DNA of 64,000 nt, taken from positions 10,230,001-10,294,000 of the forward strand of contig JBHGNT010000021.1 in NCBI GenBank assembly GCA_043228905.1. Reading direction: 5' to 3'. Below, piece by piece: positions 26,465 through 37,065 of this stretch; the first letter of the stretch is position 1; the number at the start of each line of letters is the position of its first letter. This stretch comes from Azolla caroliniana. Its lineage: Eukaryota; Plantae; Polypodiophyta. The notes below the pieces were generated by a model. The model saw only the letters and a list, made by a program, of their open reading frames with translations, was not told the DNA's origin and ran no database searches. A program made the position numbers and the translations under genes.

Positions 26465-28220
26465 CCGAACTCGACCAAAAATAGAGCTTCGCGTTCCTGA
26501 AAACACACAGAATGATGAGCCTCTGGTCGGGAGCACACGAGCTTCCTACACGAGCAAAGGCCTCACCTTCTTCCCAAATCAGCACAAAGAGAAAACAGAG
26601 AAAGAAAAGAGATCTCCGGACCTCAAACCAACAACAATTCCTTCTCCAAGAAGATGGATCCCTTCTTAGTCCTCTCTCCCCCCCTTTATAGATCAAGGGG
26701 AGAGAAAAGTCGTTACATCAGGCTATTAAGAGAACCAGTTTCGATCCTGGATTCTCTCCTCGAGCTCCTCCCATCAATCCCTTATTCCTCTCTATACGTT
26801 GTCGCGTTGTTACGCGCGTGCGTGGAGAACAAGGCGGGACCACTGGGGTCTTGGACCGAGGAATAGGTGAGGAAAAGAGAGAGAGAGAGAGAGAGAGACG
26901 CTCACTCACGTATAGACAAAGAAGCACATGGGGATGCGTCACAACAACACAGGAGACGCGAGTTGAGAACACTAGAGTGTGTATGTAAATATAGGCCTGT
27001 ATATGTATGTATGCAGACGACTCGAACCGTTACAGCCGACCAGGTCGGCGAGGTGGATGCCGACGCCTGATCACCCATGCACATAGGAGAGCAAGATGGA
27101 GATTCTGCCGGAAGCACACAGGCGTTCCATGGAGCAGAATCAGCCTCCTGAGAACCTGCGCAAAAGAAAGCTATGGAGAACGACAGAGAAGAAGAGCTTG
27201 ATCCCAGTCCGACAACACTTCGTTCCTTCTAGCGCACGTTCCCTTCTCTCCCCCGTCTCCCTCTCTTTTATAGCTCAAGGAGGGAGGCCGTTTCACCCGT
27301 TTACATCACATTAATTCTCTGTCCTTTCGGACAGAGATACTCCTCGATTTCCCTTCTAGAATATTGCTACCTAGGATTTAACCTTTGTGCCTACCTATCT
27401 ACTATACGACAAGGGACGTGCCCACGTGTAAGGGCCGGTTCACACACACTATACACGGTGTCGTGAAGAATTTCGGCCATAGGCGAAAACCGGGAAACAT
27501 TGTCTACATCGGCGGGGTGCATCGTGTGTACGCACCCATGTACATTTGGTGTGAACATCGAGGGCTCCTTTATGGCGCCGAAGAGTAGTCAAGTCGGGAC
27601 AGACGATCCCATGAAAGTCGGTATTTGTCCCACATTGTAACGCGTCCCTCTCCTTGTTCTAGAAAAGGGAGGGAACGCCCTTTGTAAAAGGGTTGCCCAT
27701 TTTGGATTAGAGGGTATACCGGTAGGTTTAGGGTTAGGGTTCTTCTGCTTCTTCTTCTTCCCCTTTGTGTTCGTTTAGGGTTGGCTGCAGCTTGTCTCCT
27801 GTGCAAGACCCCGCTCGGCGCGACGAGCTCGAGAGCTCCCCGATGGCGGCTTGACAGCAGACGACTGTTGTAAACTATCTTGGTCCGGCTCGAAGCCGGG
27901 AGTGTATTCTCTATATATATATATATACATATACGTTTGCGTCTATCTGTGTATATTGGCGTCTTGTTGGTGTCGGGTGCTCCACTCCTTCCTTGCGTTT
28001 CCTGTACATAAGGGCGTGAGTCGGGTCGGGCTGTGTGTGCGTGTGTGTGCGTGTGTGTGCGTGAGTCGGTGTTAAGCACGCTCTCTCTCCCCCTTTGGTT
28101 GCTTCCGGTGTGTTTCTGAGATGCCCCAGAGGCCGTGAAGCACGACTTCCTACGCTCCGTCGCTCCCTAGTCCAAGACCCCCGTGGTCCCGCCTTTCTCC
28201 ACGCACGCGCGTAACAACGC

Positions 28221-31200
28221 TGTCGCGTTGTTACGCGCGTGCGTGGAGAAGGGCGGAACCACGGGGGTCTTGGACTAAGGAGAAGGGGAGAAGGAATAGG
28301 ACTTCGGAATGGAGCTTAGCACAAGAAGAGAAAGAATGAACAAGAGGAAGATGGAGGCAAAATGCTCAACAAGATATATTAGAACCGAAAACCGATTACA
28401 AAATGGCGGCCGCGTAGGCCGCACCGAACGACTATGATAAACCCGAAACCCTAATCCGACGAAGAAGAAAGAAACCCTAAACCTAACGCTCGTCCTATGT
28501 GGTATACCTTTCGCACTCAAAATAGGCAACCCCCACAATGGTGCTCTTCCTCTCCTTTTATAGCACAAGGAGAGAAGACCGTTTACAAAAAGGGTGCTAC
28601 AAAATATCCCCTTTCAATCAATGGGGATATTTCCCTTGATTTTAGGGGAGGTGGGAAGGACGGGTCTTAACTCCCACCTCTACACGAACTACTATGTACC
28701 TATCTCTCTCTCTCACGTGGATGTGCGCGCAAAAGCACATCACCTTTACACTTTACAAATCCTAAGGTGAATTTCTAGCACCATACTTATCACTATTGAT
28801 AAATAGAAATACAACATGTTGATGTGCAACATTGCACATCGCGGGTTTGCTTACTTCGTTCGGTTTTCCGCCTATGGACGAAAATCTTCACGACATCCGC
28901 CCCCACCTAACCGCACATCCACCGGTATGTGCCACAAGGGGAACCAAACGCGAGATTTTCGGCCAAGGCGGCCAACCGAGCCCTTGACAACCTCGTGGGC
29001 TTGCCCGGCTTCGTCTTCCACTTCGAGCAAGTCCACCCCGTCCACACGAACCACCGTCGCCTTCCGGCCCACCATCTCCGCCGAATGGTCTCGAACCGTC
29101 GGCTCCATCCGATCCGCCACACTTGACGACGCTCGCCGAGTCGTTGCCTCCACCCGATCCGCCACGTCCACCGTGTTTCCTCGAACCACCGACTACACTC
29201 GGACCGCCATATCCGATGCCCGCGCTTTCCTCCCCGTTCGGTCCTCCCGAACGCCGTTGCCGACCCTTTGTCCGCCTCGCATATTCTCCGGATCCGCCTT
29301 TTTCGTGCCACGCACCTCGTCGTGCCGACTCTTCTCGCTCCGCGCTTGCCTTCTGTAGGCTTTCCCCGTACGTCGGTGTTGTCCTCCGAATGCGTGCTCG
29401 TGCTTCGGTCCTTCGATGACCCCATCACGCATTTTTCGCCTTCCCTTTGCTTGCCGTGCTCTCTCGCCGTAGAGCATACCATCGTTCCCGTGCTCGTTGC
29501 TTGGACCTCATGCGGCCGCATTGCACGTTTCGCATTCCGCTCCTCTTCGCGTACCCTTTCGGAAAGGTACCTTTCTTCCCCGACCTCCGTTACGCTCGGA
29601 GGAACACCCTCTTGGCCCTCTTGGCCCGCTCGACCGCACACATCCTTCGCGATGTTGTGTTCGTTCTTTTGGGCACATACATCTTCGTTCTCCGCGACCT
29701 CCCTTATGCCTCTCTCGGTGCCTTCATCCGTTGTGGCCTTCGTCCCCTCGCCGCCACCGTCCGCCACTCTTGGTCTCACGTCGGCACTCGCGCCGACCGC
29801 CGGAGTCTCTATAGCCGGTGTGGAGGATCCCTCTCGGGCCTTATCTTCGTGGCCGCCGGTCTTAGCCTCTCCGTAGGCCACCTCTTCCCACCAATCTTCC
29901 CTAGCATCGTGCCAGGTCTTGTCGTCGCCGCCTTCCGCCTCGTATTCGCCTCTCGAAGGCGTGATCCGACCGTCATCTTCGGTCGCTCGATGTGGCTCCT
30001 TCGTAGGCATGCTTGTGTCTTGGCCCTCCGTCGGCCGTATTGCATGCATCTCGTCTCGCTCTTCCGCCGTAGACCCGACCTCCGTGTCGGTCTTCTCCTC
30101 CTTTGTCGCCGTAGCCCGTTCCGACACGGGCTCGCCGTCTTGGACCCACCCGTCCACCATCTCGTACCGGATATCCGTTCCGGTAACCTCGTACGCTCCG
30201 GCCTCCGACTCCTCGCCGCCACCCGCCGTCTCTCCGGTCTTATGTTGATCCGCAACCGCCGTAGTCTCTAGAGTGGGTATGGAGGGTCTCGTTTGTTTCC
30301 GTTTTTCCCCCGAACCATGGTCGTCGTGCCCGGTTAGCCTCCATCTCGCGCTTACCGGCTCCCATCGTAACCGTAACCGTAACCGTAACCGGCCAATCGG
30401 TCTCGCCGGCTTCCTTCGGTTTGGGCCCGGTTCGCCGACCCTTACTCTCTTCTTCTTCCGTGCCGTATTCCGGTCGGGTCGGTTCCCGACTCTCTCCTCG
30501 TTTCCGCTCCGGTCCTCTCCGTCGGACCCACCGTATACGCCCATTCCGGGCCCCGCATACTCGTCTTCGTATGCGCTCTCTCCGGGCCTCACCTCCTCAC
30601 GGTCACCGCCCATCTCTCCGGTCTCACGTTGGCATTCGAGCACAACCGCCGAAGTCTCCGGCCCCGGTGTCAAGGGGTCTTGCCTCCGTCCGCTCCAATC
30701 TTCCTTCTCGTTTCCGTTGCCCGCCTTGCCGCCGTCACCACCCGTCGCACTAAGCCTCATGCCGGCACTCGGGCCGGCCATTGGAGCCTCTAGGATTGGT
30801 GTGGATAAGGACCCGGCACCGCCGCTTGTTGTCTCCGTAGCCGCTTTCGTTCGGACGTCGTTGTCCGCGGCTCCCCCATCTCCGATTCCGTAAGCCTCTA
30901 GTACGCTTGCCACCTCCTCTTCTTCGCCGTTCTCCGCGTCATTTTGTTTGCCCGCCTCGCCGCCGCCACCGCCCGTCGTTCTAGGTCTCGTGCCGGCACT
31001 CGGGCCGACCGCCGAAGCCTCTAGGGCCGGTGTGTGGAAGGTCGCGGCACCACCGCTCGCCTCCTCTCCGCTCGATGTTTTGGGCCGCCGTGCCCCGAAT
31101 CTTCCGCCCACTTTCGAAGTGGCGCTCTCCGCTTCGTAGTCACCGGCCTCATCCTTGGCCGTCCATTCGCCGCAAGACGAGAGGGTTGCTCGCTCCGCAC

Positions 31201-33517
31201 CCTCTCCCATGTCGTCGTCGTTTCGGTGGCCCGCCTTGCCGCCGCCACCGCCCGTCGTTCTAGGTCTCGTGCCGGCACTCGGGCCGACCGCCGAAGCCTC
31301 TAGGGCCGGTGTGTGGAAGGTCGCGACACCATCGCTCGTTTCGTCTTCCTCCTCCATTTCGCAAGCCTCGAGTATGCTCGCGAAATCCTCGTAGAATGTT
31401 TCGGGCAACCGCGTCCCGAAACTTCCGCCCACTCTCGAAGTGGCGTCCATCGCTCCGTAGATATCGGCCTCGTCCATGGCCGTTCTTTTTCCCCGAGATG
31501 AGACAGTCGCTTGCTCCGCACCTTCTCTCGTGTCGACGCCGTGGTCGCCCGCCTTGCCACCGCCACCGCCTTTCACCATAGGTCTTACGCGGGCACTCGG
31601 GCCGGCCGCCGTGATCTCTAGGAATGACGCGTGTAAGGTCGCGGGACCGCCGCTCATCGATGTAATGTCCGTAGCCACCTCCGCTCGGACGTCGTTGTCC
31701 GTGGCTACCCCGCCTCCGTATATGCAAGCATCGGTTATGCTTGCTGCCGCCTCTTCTTCGCCGGTCTCATCCTCATCTCGGTTGTCCGCCTTGCCGCCGC
31801 CACCATCCGTAGCTCTAGGTCTCGTGCCGGCACTCGGGCCGACCGCCGAAGCCTCTAGGGCCGGTGTGTGGAAGGTCGCGACACCGACGCTCGTCTCCTC
31901 CCGACTCGATGTTTCGGGCCACCGTGTCCCGAAACCGTAGTTACCGGCCTCCATGGCCGTCGCTTCACCGCAAGGCAAGAGGGTCGCTTGCTCCGCACCC
32001 TCTCCCATGTCACCGTCGTACGCTCTTCCGGCCTCGATTTTCGCCGTCACAATCTCGCACGCCTCCCATACCAACGCCTCGAAGTCGTACTCCTCCGGTT
32101 GGTCGTGCATCGAGCTCTCTTTCGGCGGTGGTGTGTAGCCGCCCACCGCCCTCTCTTCTCTGCCGGTCGCGGGTCGTGTTGTGGCCGACCACCTCTTATC
32201 ATGTTGTCGGCACACCCGTTCTACTTCGGGCCACTCCTCGGTGAGACCATGCGCCCCATAATCGTCTTGAAGCTCGAACATGATGTCCATCCTCTCCTCA
32301 TGATGGACCGTCTTCAAAAATAGGAGGACTTTGTCCGCCCCCACCGATCTTCGTTCCCACTCCGAGAGTTGAGAGAAACGACGCTCGAACTCTCGGAATG
32401 CCTCTATTGCGCTCCGATGGCGCCTCGCCGACGCCATCCACCGATCGAACTCTCGCCGACCTCTTACCTCCGATTCCGCGCACCCGTATGCCTCCATTAG
32501 AGCCCCTTCAAAGGACTCCCACGATTCGTGAGCTTCTTGGAGCTCCTTGACCTCCTCGTACTTTGATGCGGCCGCCGCTCGACGAAAGAACTCTAGCCTC
32601 GTCGCTTCGTCCACGCCCATCCCCGTCATTTCCGCATCGTAGGCTCTCAAAAATTTTGGGACCTCCTTCCCATCGAACCGGCCGACTAGACGGACCACCC
32701 TTTCGACCGCTTGTTGAGCCGCCTCTCGCCTCGCCCTCTTCCGTCCGGCGTCCATCAAGATCTTTGTCATCATCTCCTCGAAGTCGAAGCCTTCTTCCAT
32801 CTCTTTCTCCCTTGCCGCCCTTCACGTCGGGTTCACCAAAGATGTCGCGTTGTTACGCGCGTGCGTGGAGAAGGGCGGAACCACGGGGGTCTTGGACTAA
32901 GGAGAAGGGGAGAAGGAATAGGACTTCGGAATGGAGCTTAGCACAAGAAGAGAAAGAATGAACAAGAGGAAGATGGAGGCAAAATGCTCAACAAGATATA
33001 TTAGAACCGAAAACCGATTACAAAATGGCGGCCGCGTAGGCCGCACCGAACGACTATGATAAACCCGAAACCCTAATCCGACGAAGAAGAAAGAAACCCT
33101 AAACCTAACGCTCGTCCTATGTGGTATACCTTTCGCACTCAAAATAGGCAACCCCCACAATGGTGCTCTTCCTCTCCTTTTATAGCACAAGGAGAGAAGA
33201 CCGTTTACAAAAAGGGTGCTACAAAATATCCCCTTTCAATCAATGGGGATATTTCCCTTGATTTTAGGGGAGGTGGGAAGGACGGGTCTTAACTCCCACC
33301 TCTACACGAACTACTATGTACCTATCTCTCTCTCTCACGTGGATGTGCGCGCAAAAGCACATCACCTTTACACTTTACAAATCCTAAGGTGAATTTCTAG
33401 CACCATACTTATCACTATTGATAAATAGAAATACAACATGTTGATGTGCAACGTTGCACATCGCGGGTTTGTTTACTTCGTTCGGTTTTCCGCCTATGGA
33501 CGAAAATCTTCACGACA
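28221..33517 (-). mobile_element. Very young non-autonomous Trp-primed LTR element; 675-bp LTRs 28221-28895 and 32843-33517
   Basis: LTRs differ at only two positions that I could find; PBS 32821-32838; family PPT 28896-28915; TSD ACGC/ACGT; no pol. Confidence 0.95.
28907..32800 (-). CDS. 1297-aa Gag capsid domain fused to a long repetitive low-complexity E/G/A/T/R-rich tail
   Basis: N-terminal ~205 aa align with gag at 20180 (RFDGKEVPKFLRAYDAEM vs RFGGKDATSYLEAYRAEM; GLTEEWPEVERVC vs GLTTDWAMVKRV); uninterrupted ORF from PBS to PPT. Confidence 0.8.
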   Translation of the reverse strand: MEEGFDFEEMMTKILMDAGRKRARREAAQQAVERVVRLVGRFDGKEVPKFLRAYDAEMTGMGVDEATRLEFFRRAAAASKYEEVKELQEAHESWESFEGALMEAYGCAESEVRGRREFDRWMASARRHRSAIEAFREFERRFSQLSEWERRSVGADKVLLFLKTVHHEERMDIMFELQDDYGAHGLTEEWPEVERVCRQHDKRWSATTRPATGREERAVGGYTPPPKESSMHDQPEEYDFEALVWEACEIVTAKIEAGRAYDGDMGEGAEQATLLPCGEATAMEAGNYGFGTRWPETSSREETSVGVATFHTPALEASAVGPSAGTRPRATDGGGGKADNRDEDETGEEEAAASITDACIYGGGVATDNDVRAEVATDITSMSGGPATLHASFLEITAAGPSARVRPMVKGGGGGKAGDHGVDTREGAEQATVSSRGKRTAMDEADIYGAMDATSRVGGSFGTRLPETFYEDFASILEACEMEEEDETSDGVATFHTPALEASAVGPSAGTRPRTTGGGGGKAGHRNDDDMGEGAERATLSSCGEWTAKDEAGDYEAESATSKVGGRFGARRPKTSSGEEASGGAATFHTPALEASAVGPSAGTRPRTTGGGGGEAGKQNDAENGEEEEVASVLEAYGIGDGGAADNDVRTKAATETTSGGAGSLSTPILEAPMAGPSAGMRLSATGGDGGKAGNGNEKEDWSGRRQDPLTPGPETSAVVLECQRETGEMGGDREEVRPGESAYEDEYAGPGMGVYGGSDGEDRSGNEERVGNRPDRNTARKKKRVRVGEPGPNRRKPARPIGRLRLRLRLRWEPVSARWRLTGHDDHGSGEKRKQTRPSIPTLETTAVADQHKTGETAGGGEESEAGAYEVTGTDIRYEMVDGWVQDGEPVSERATATKEEKTDTEVGSTAEERDEMHAIRPTEGQDTSMPTKEPHRATEDDGRITPSRGEYEAEGGDDKTWHDAREDWWEEVAYGEAKTGGHEDKAREGSSTPAIETPAVGASADVRPRVADGGGEGTKATTDEGTERGIREVAENEDVCAQKNEHNIAKDVCGRAGQEGQEGVPPSVTEVGEERYLSERVREEERNAKRAMRPHEVQATSTGTMVCSTAREHGKQREGEKCVMGSSKDRSTSTHSEDNTDVRGKPTEGKRGARRVGTTRCVARKRRIRRICEADKGSATAFGRTERGGKRGHRIWRSECSRWFEETRWTWRIGWRQRLGERRQVWRIGWSRRFETIRRRWWAGRRRWFVWTGWTCSKWKTKPGKPTRLSRARLAALAENLAFGSPCGTYRWMCG

Positions 33518-36500
33518 ACGTGACAACGGTTTGCGCCTGGGGACGGTTTTCTTCATGACATCCGCCCCCACCTAACCGCGCATCCACCGGTATCCGCCAA
33601 AATTGGGTTCCTATGGGAGAAAACTGATCCTTGCTTTTATTCCTCGTTTACCGGTTCATCCTCCGCCTCAGGCTGCTCGTCGTCGTTGTCCATGCCCCCT
33701 AGCCCCGGCTCCCCGTCGTGCCGTTTCTTGAACGCTTTGATCCTCTTCCCCGGTACCGGTATCGCCATTCTCGTACCGTCGAGCTCCGCGAATGGTACGT
33801 CCCATTGCCGTTGGCGCCTGTTACTACGTAAGGCCCGAACCACCTCCTCGCAAACTTCCGCGTGGCCATGTGCTGATTGTTGAGGCTGCTGTCGTAGACT
33901 AGCACCCAGTCGCCTTCCTGGATCTTCCTTGGCCTGAACCGGTGTGTTCGGTCGAACCGGGCTTTGTTCCTTATCCTCGCTACTCGAAGTTTCTCCGCGG
34001 CTCGCTCTACGTCCTCCGGCCTCTGCTCGAGCTGTCGAATCTACGCCGCCAACAGTTCCTCCCGGCTCATCTTATCCCTCCAGTCCACCATGGCCCACGA
34101 GGAGATCGTTTGCTCTGTTGGCATGATCGGCTTCTATCCGAACATCAGCTCGGCCGGCATGAACCCGGTTACCGAATTGTGCGTAGTCCGGTCCGCCCAC
34201 AAGGCATAAGGTAGGAGCCGTGGCCAGTCCCCGACTCGGCCTCCGCACGCCCGTACTAGCGCTTTGACAATTGGCCCGTGTCCGCGCTCCACCTTCCCGT
34301 TTGCCTCCGGATTGTACGCTGTGGTGAGCGAAAGTTTGACTCCTAGCCGGTCGAACAACTCTTCGGCCTCTTCTACATCCAACTCACCACGGTCAGCTAC
34401 GATCTTCCCTACGCACCCGTATCGGCATACTCCGTCCTCAATCAAAAACCGGCACACGGCTGTCGTTGTCTTGTTCTGCAGGGCTCGGCCTTCAATCTGG
34501 TTCGTTAGATCTTCCCGAGCCAGCACCAGATACCGCATCTGTCCTACCCCCATTGGCATCGTCACCAAATCCACCATCCACTTGAAGTGGACGGTCGGAG
34601 GGTAGGTCGGGTGAAGCTCGTCCCGATGTCGGATCATGGAGTGCACCTGACAGCTTTCGCAAGTCGTCACGAACCGATGCACGTCCCGGTATAGTCCCAG
34701 CCACCAGTACTTCCCCTTTAGCTTTTCAAACGTGACCCACGTTCCACGGTGTCCAGCGCACGGGCTATCGTGGTACGCCGCCAGCAAATCCTCCTATTCC
34801 TCCTTCTTCGCCACCACTCGGACCGGGATGTCGTTCCTCTTCTTCGGGTGCTTCCATATGTATCCGTCCCGGAGAAAGAATCGGTACGCTTTCTTCCAAA
34901 TTTGGTTGGCCTCGTCCGTTGTCCATGCCGCTTCTGGTGTCATTGTTCTCAGGAACCCGCCGATCTGCAGCCACTCCCTGTCGTACTTGCTCTCGTCGAA
35001 ATCGTTAAGCGTTGGAGAGCATTCCCTGCCGGTTGTTACGTAAGCCGCCTCGAAGAAGTCCACGCCGACTTCCTCGTCCTCTGAAACCTTGCCGCCGTCG
35101 TTTTCGAACCTAGCCCTTGAAAGCATGTCGGCCATGGCGTTGTCTTTCCCAGAAATGTGTCGTATTTCCGGATTCAGGGACTTGATGTACGCTATCCACC
35201 TGAGCATTGCCAGGTCCGGCGTCACGCATCCGGAAACCATGTCAAGGATCGGCAGGCAGTCCGTCTCGATAATTACCTCTGTCCCGATTAGGTAGTCTTT
35301 ATCGGCCTTTACCGCCGAAACGATACCCCAAAGCTCGCGTTTAACCTGGGCATATCCTCGTTGTCGTTCACTGAGGACCTTCGCGCCGAACCGGATCGGG
35401 GAACGCATGCCGTCCTCATCCTCTTAGTTGACGACCCATCCAATCCCGGTCGGACTCGTGTCTACCGTTACGTAAATTGGAGTGCTCTTTCCGTAGACAG
35501 CCTTTCGGAGCGCCGGAGCCGCGGCAAGTGCTTCCTTCATCTTCCGGACAGACTCCGTATGCTCGTCTCTCCACTCGAATTTTCGCCCCTTTTTCAGCAA
35601 CCCATATAACGGCTTTGCGACGTGAGCGTAATGCGGGATCCATATGTGGTAGAACGTGCATGCTCCCAAGAACCTCCGAACCTCCGTGACTGAGCTGCAG
35701 TCGTTCTTCATCGCGGAGATGGCTTCTACCTTAGCCGGAGACGGTTTCCGGCCGTATGGCCCGCATAGGTGTCCGACGACCATGATCTCTGATTGCCCGA
35801 AGGCCGATTTTCCCCCGGAGAAGGTGAGCCTCGCTCCCTCCAACCTCTGCAGCACCTTCTCGCAGTCGTCGATGTGCGTCGCCACGAATTTCCGGCATCC
35901 GTCCGGTCCGATCGTCTCGTCCCTTTCCTCCACCGGGCATCCCTTGATCGGGACTTCGTCCAAGAACGGCATGGTGATGTCCGGGATACAATCCCTCAGC
36001 ACTTTGTTGATTGCGTTCACCATGTGAGCCACCGAGTTCGTCCCTCCTTGCGGCAGGGTACACATCCGTACTAGGCCGAGAGGAGTTCGCATTGTCGTGA
36101 TGTCTCAACTGTCTACGGCAAGCTGGAACTGATCGTACCCCGAGTAGAGGTCACCGACCGAGTAAATCAACCTTCCGGCGAGGGCCTCCGCGAACTCGTC
36201 TATTGTCGGTCTGATTCCTGCGTTTCGAATGGTCACCTTGTTGACCGGCTGCAGGTCTTGAATAAAGCGCAGTGTGCCATCCTTCTTCGGCACGCTAAAC
36301 CACCGATTCGAGTATGGGGCACTCGATGGTTCAAGGATTCCCATCTCGACCTTCTCCTTTAACAGCTCCATCAACTTCGGGATGTGAGCTCTAGGTACTG
36401 GAATCGGTTTGAGACTCCACGGCACATGCGGTACCGTGAATATCACCATCGGTTCCACGACTTTCGGGTCTACGCACCTGATCTCCTCTAGTGAGAATGT

Positions 36501-37065
36501 GAAAGCCTTCCCGTGCCTTCCGAACATTCTCCGAAAACGGTCCTCTTCCACCAGCAGTAGGAAGCCGCCCCCACCGATTTTGAGCTCGCGCAGCGTTATG
36601 TCGGTGAACGTGTGTCCTATGCGGGCCGGATTTCGTAAACTCGGGTCCGACGCAACCCCCTTTATTCGCAACTCGCTGCCCTCCGGCAAGGAAGCCGCGA
36701 CTGGCCTCACCTTCAGGTCCACAGTCTTGTACCTCGTGTCCACCCGGGCCGTCCGATCCGACTCGAGCCCTCTACTGAAGTTCGTGATGACTTCGTACAT
36801 CTTTTCCAAACATACCGGAATCGTCCGGTCCTCTTTAAGGACTCCTCCGACTACCTCCCGCAGCTCCCCCAAGGTATCGTCGAAAGAGACCGCCTCCACG
36901 GCTCCGTTGATTTCCTCTCCGAGGTCGAGGACGCCACATGCCCGAAGTCGCTCCTCCACCCTTCTCTTCTTCCGGCCAACAACGTCGACTATCGTACACC
37001 CTCCGTTGTCGGAGAACCAAAATTCCCTACTTATAGCACAGGTCTTCTTCGCTATCATACACTGG

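Larger units (their letters stand above)
19149..26799 (-). mobile_element. Trp-gypsy-type LTR, in two pieces (19149-19514 and 26465-26799), host of two later insertions
   Basis: Start TGTCACAATATTCCACGTG...GGCGGGACCACCGGGGTCTT aligns with family LTR ends; resumes after 26464; TATA-like TTTATA near 26685. Confidence 0.6.
27459..33525 (+). mobile_element. Solo LTR (27459-28220 + 33522-33525) with perfect 4-bp TSD ACGG
   Basis: TGTCGTGAAG start, ...CGCGCGTAACAACGC|GACA end; ACGG at 27455-27458 and 33526-33529. Confidence 0.85.

Noticed and set aside
25788-26696. 302-aa ORF
   Set aside because: Runs antisense across two joined LTRs; no domain features
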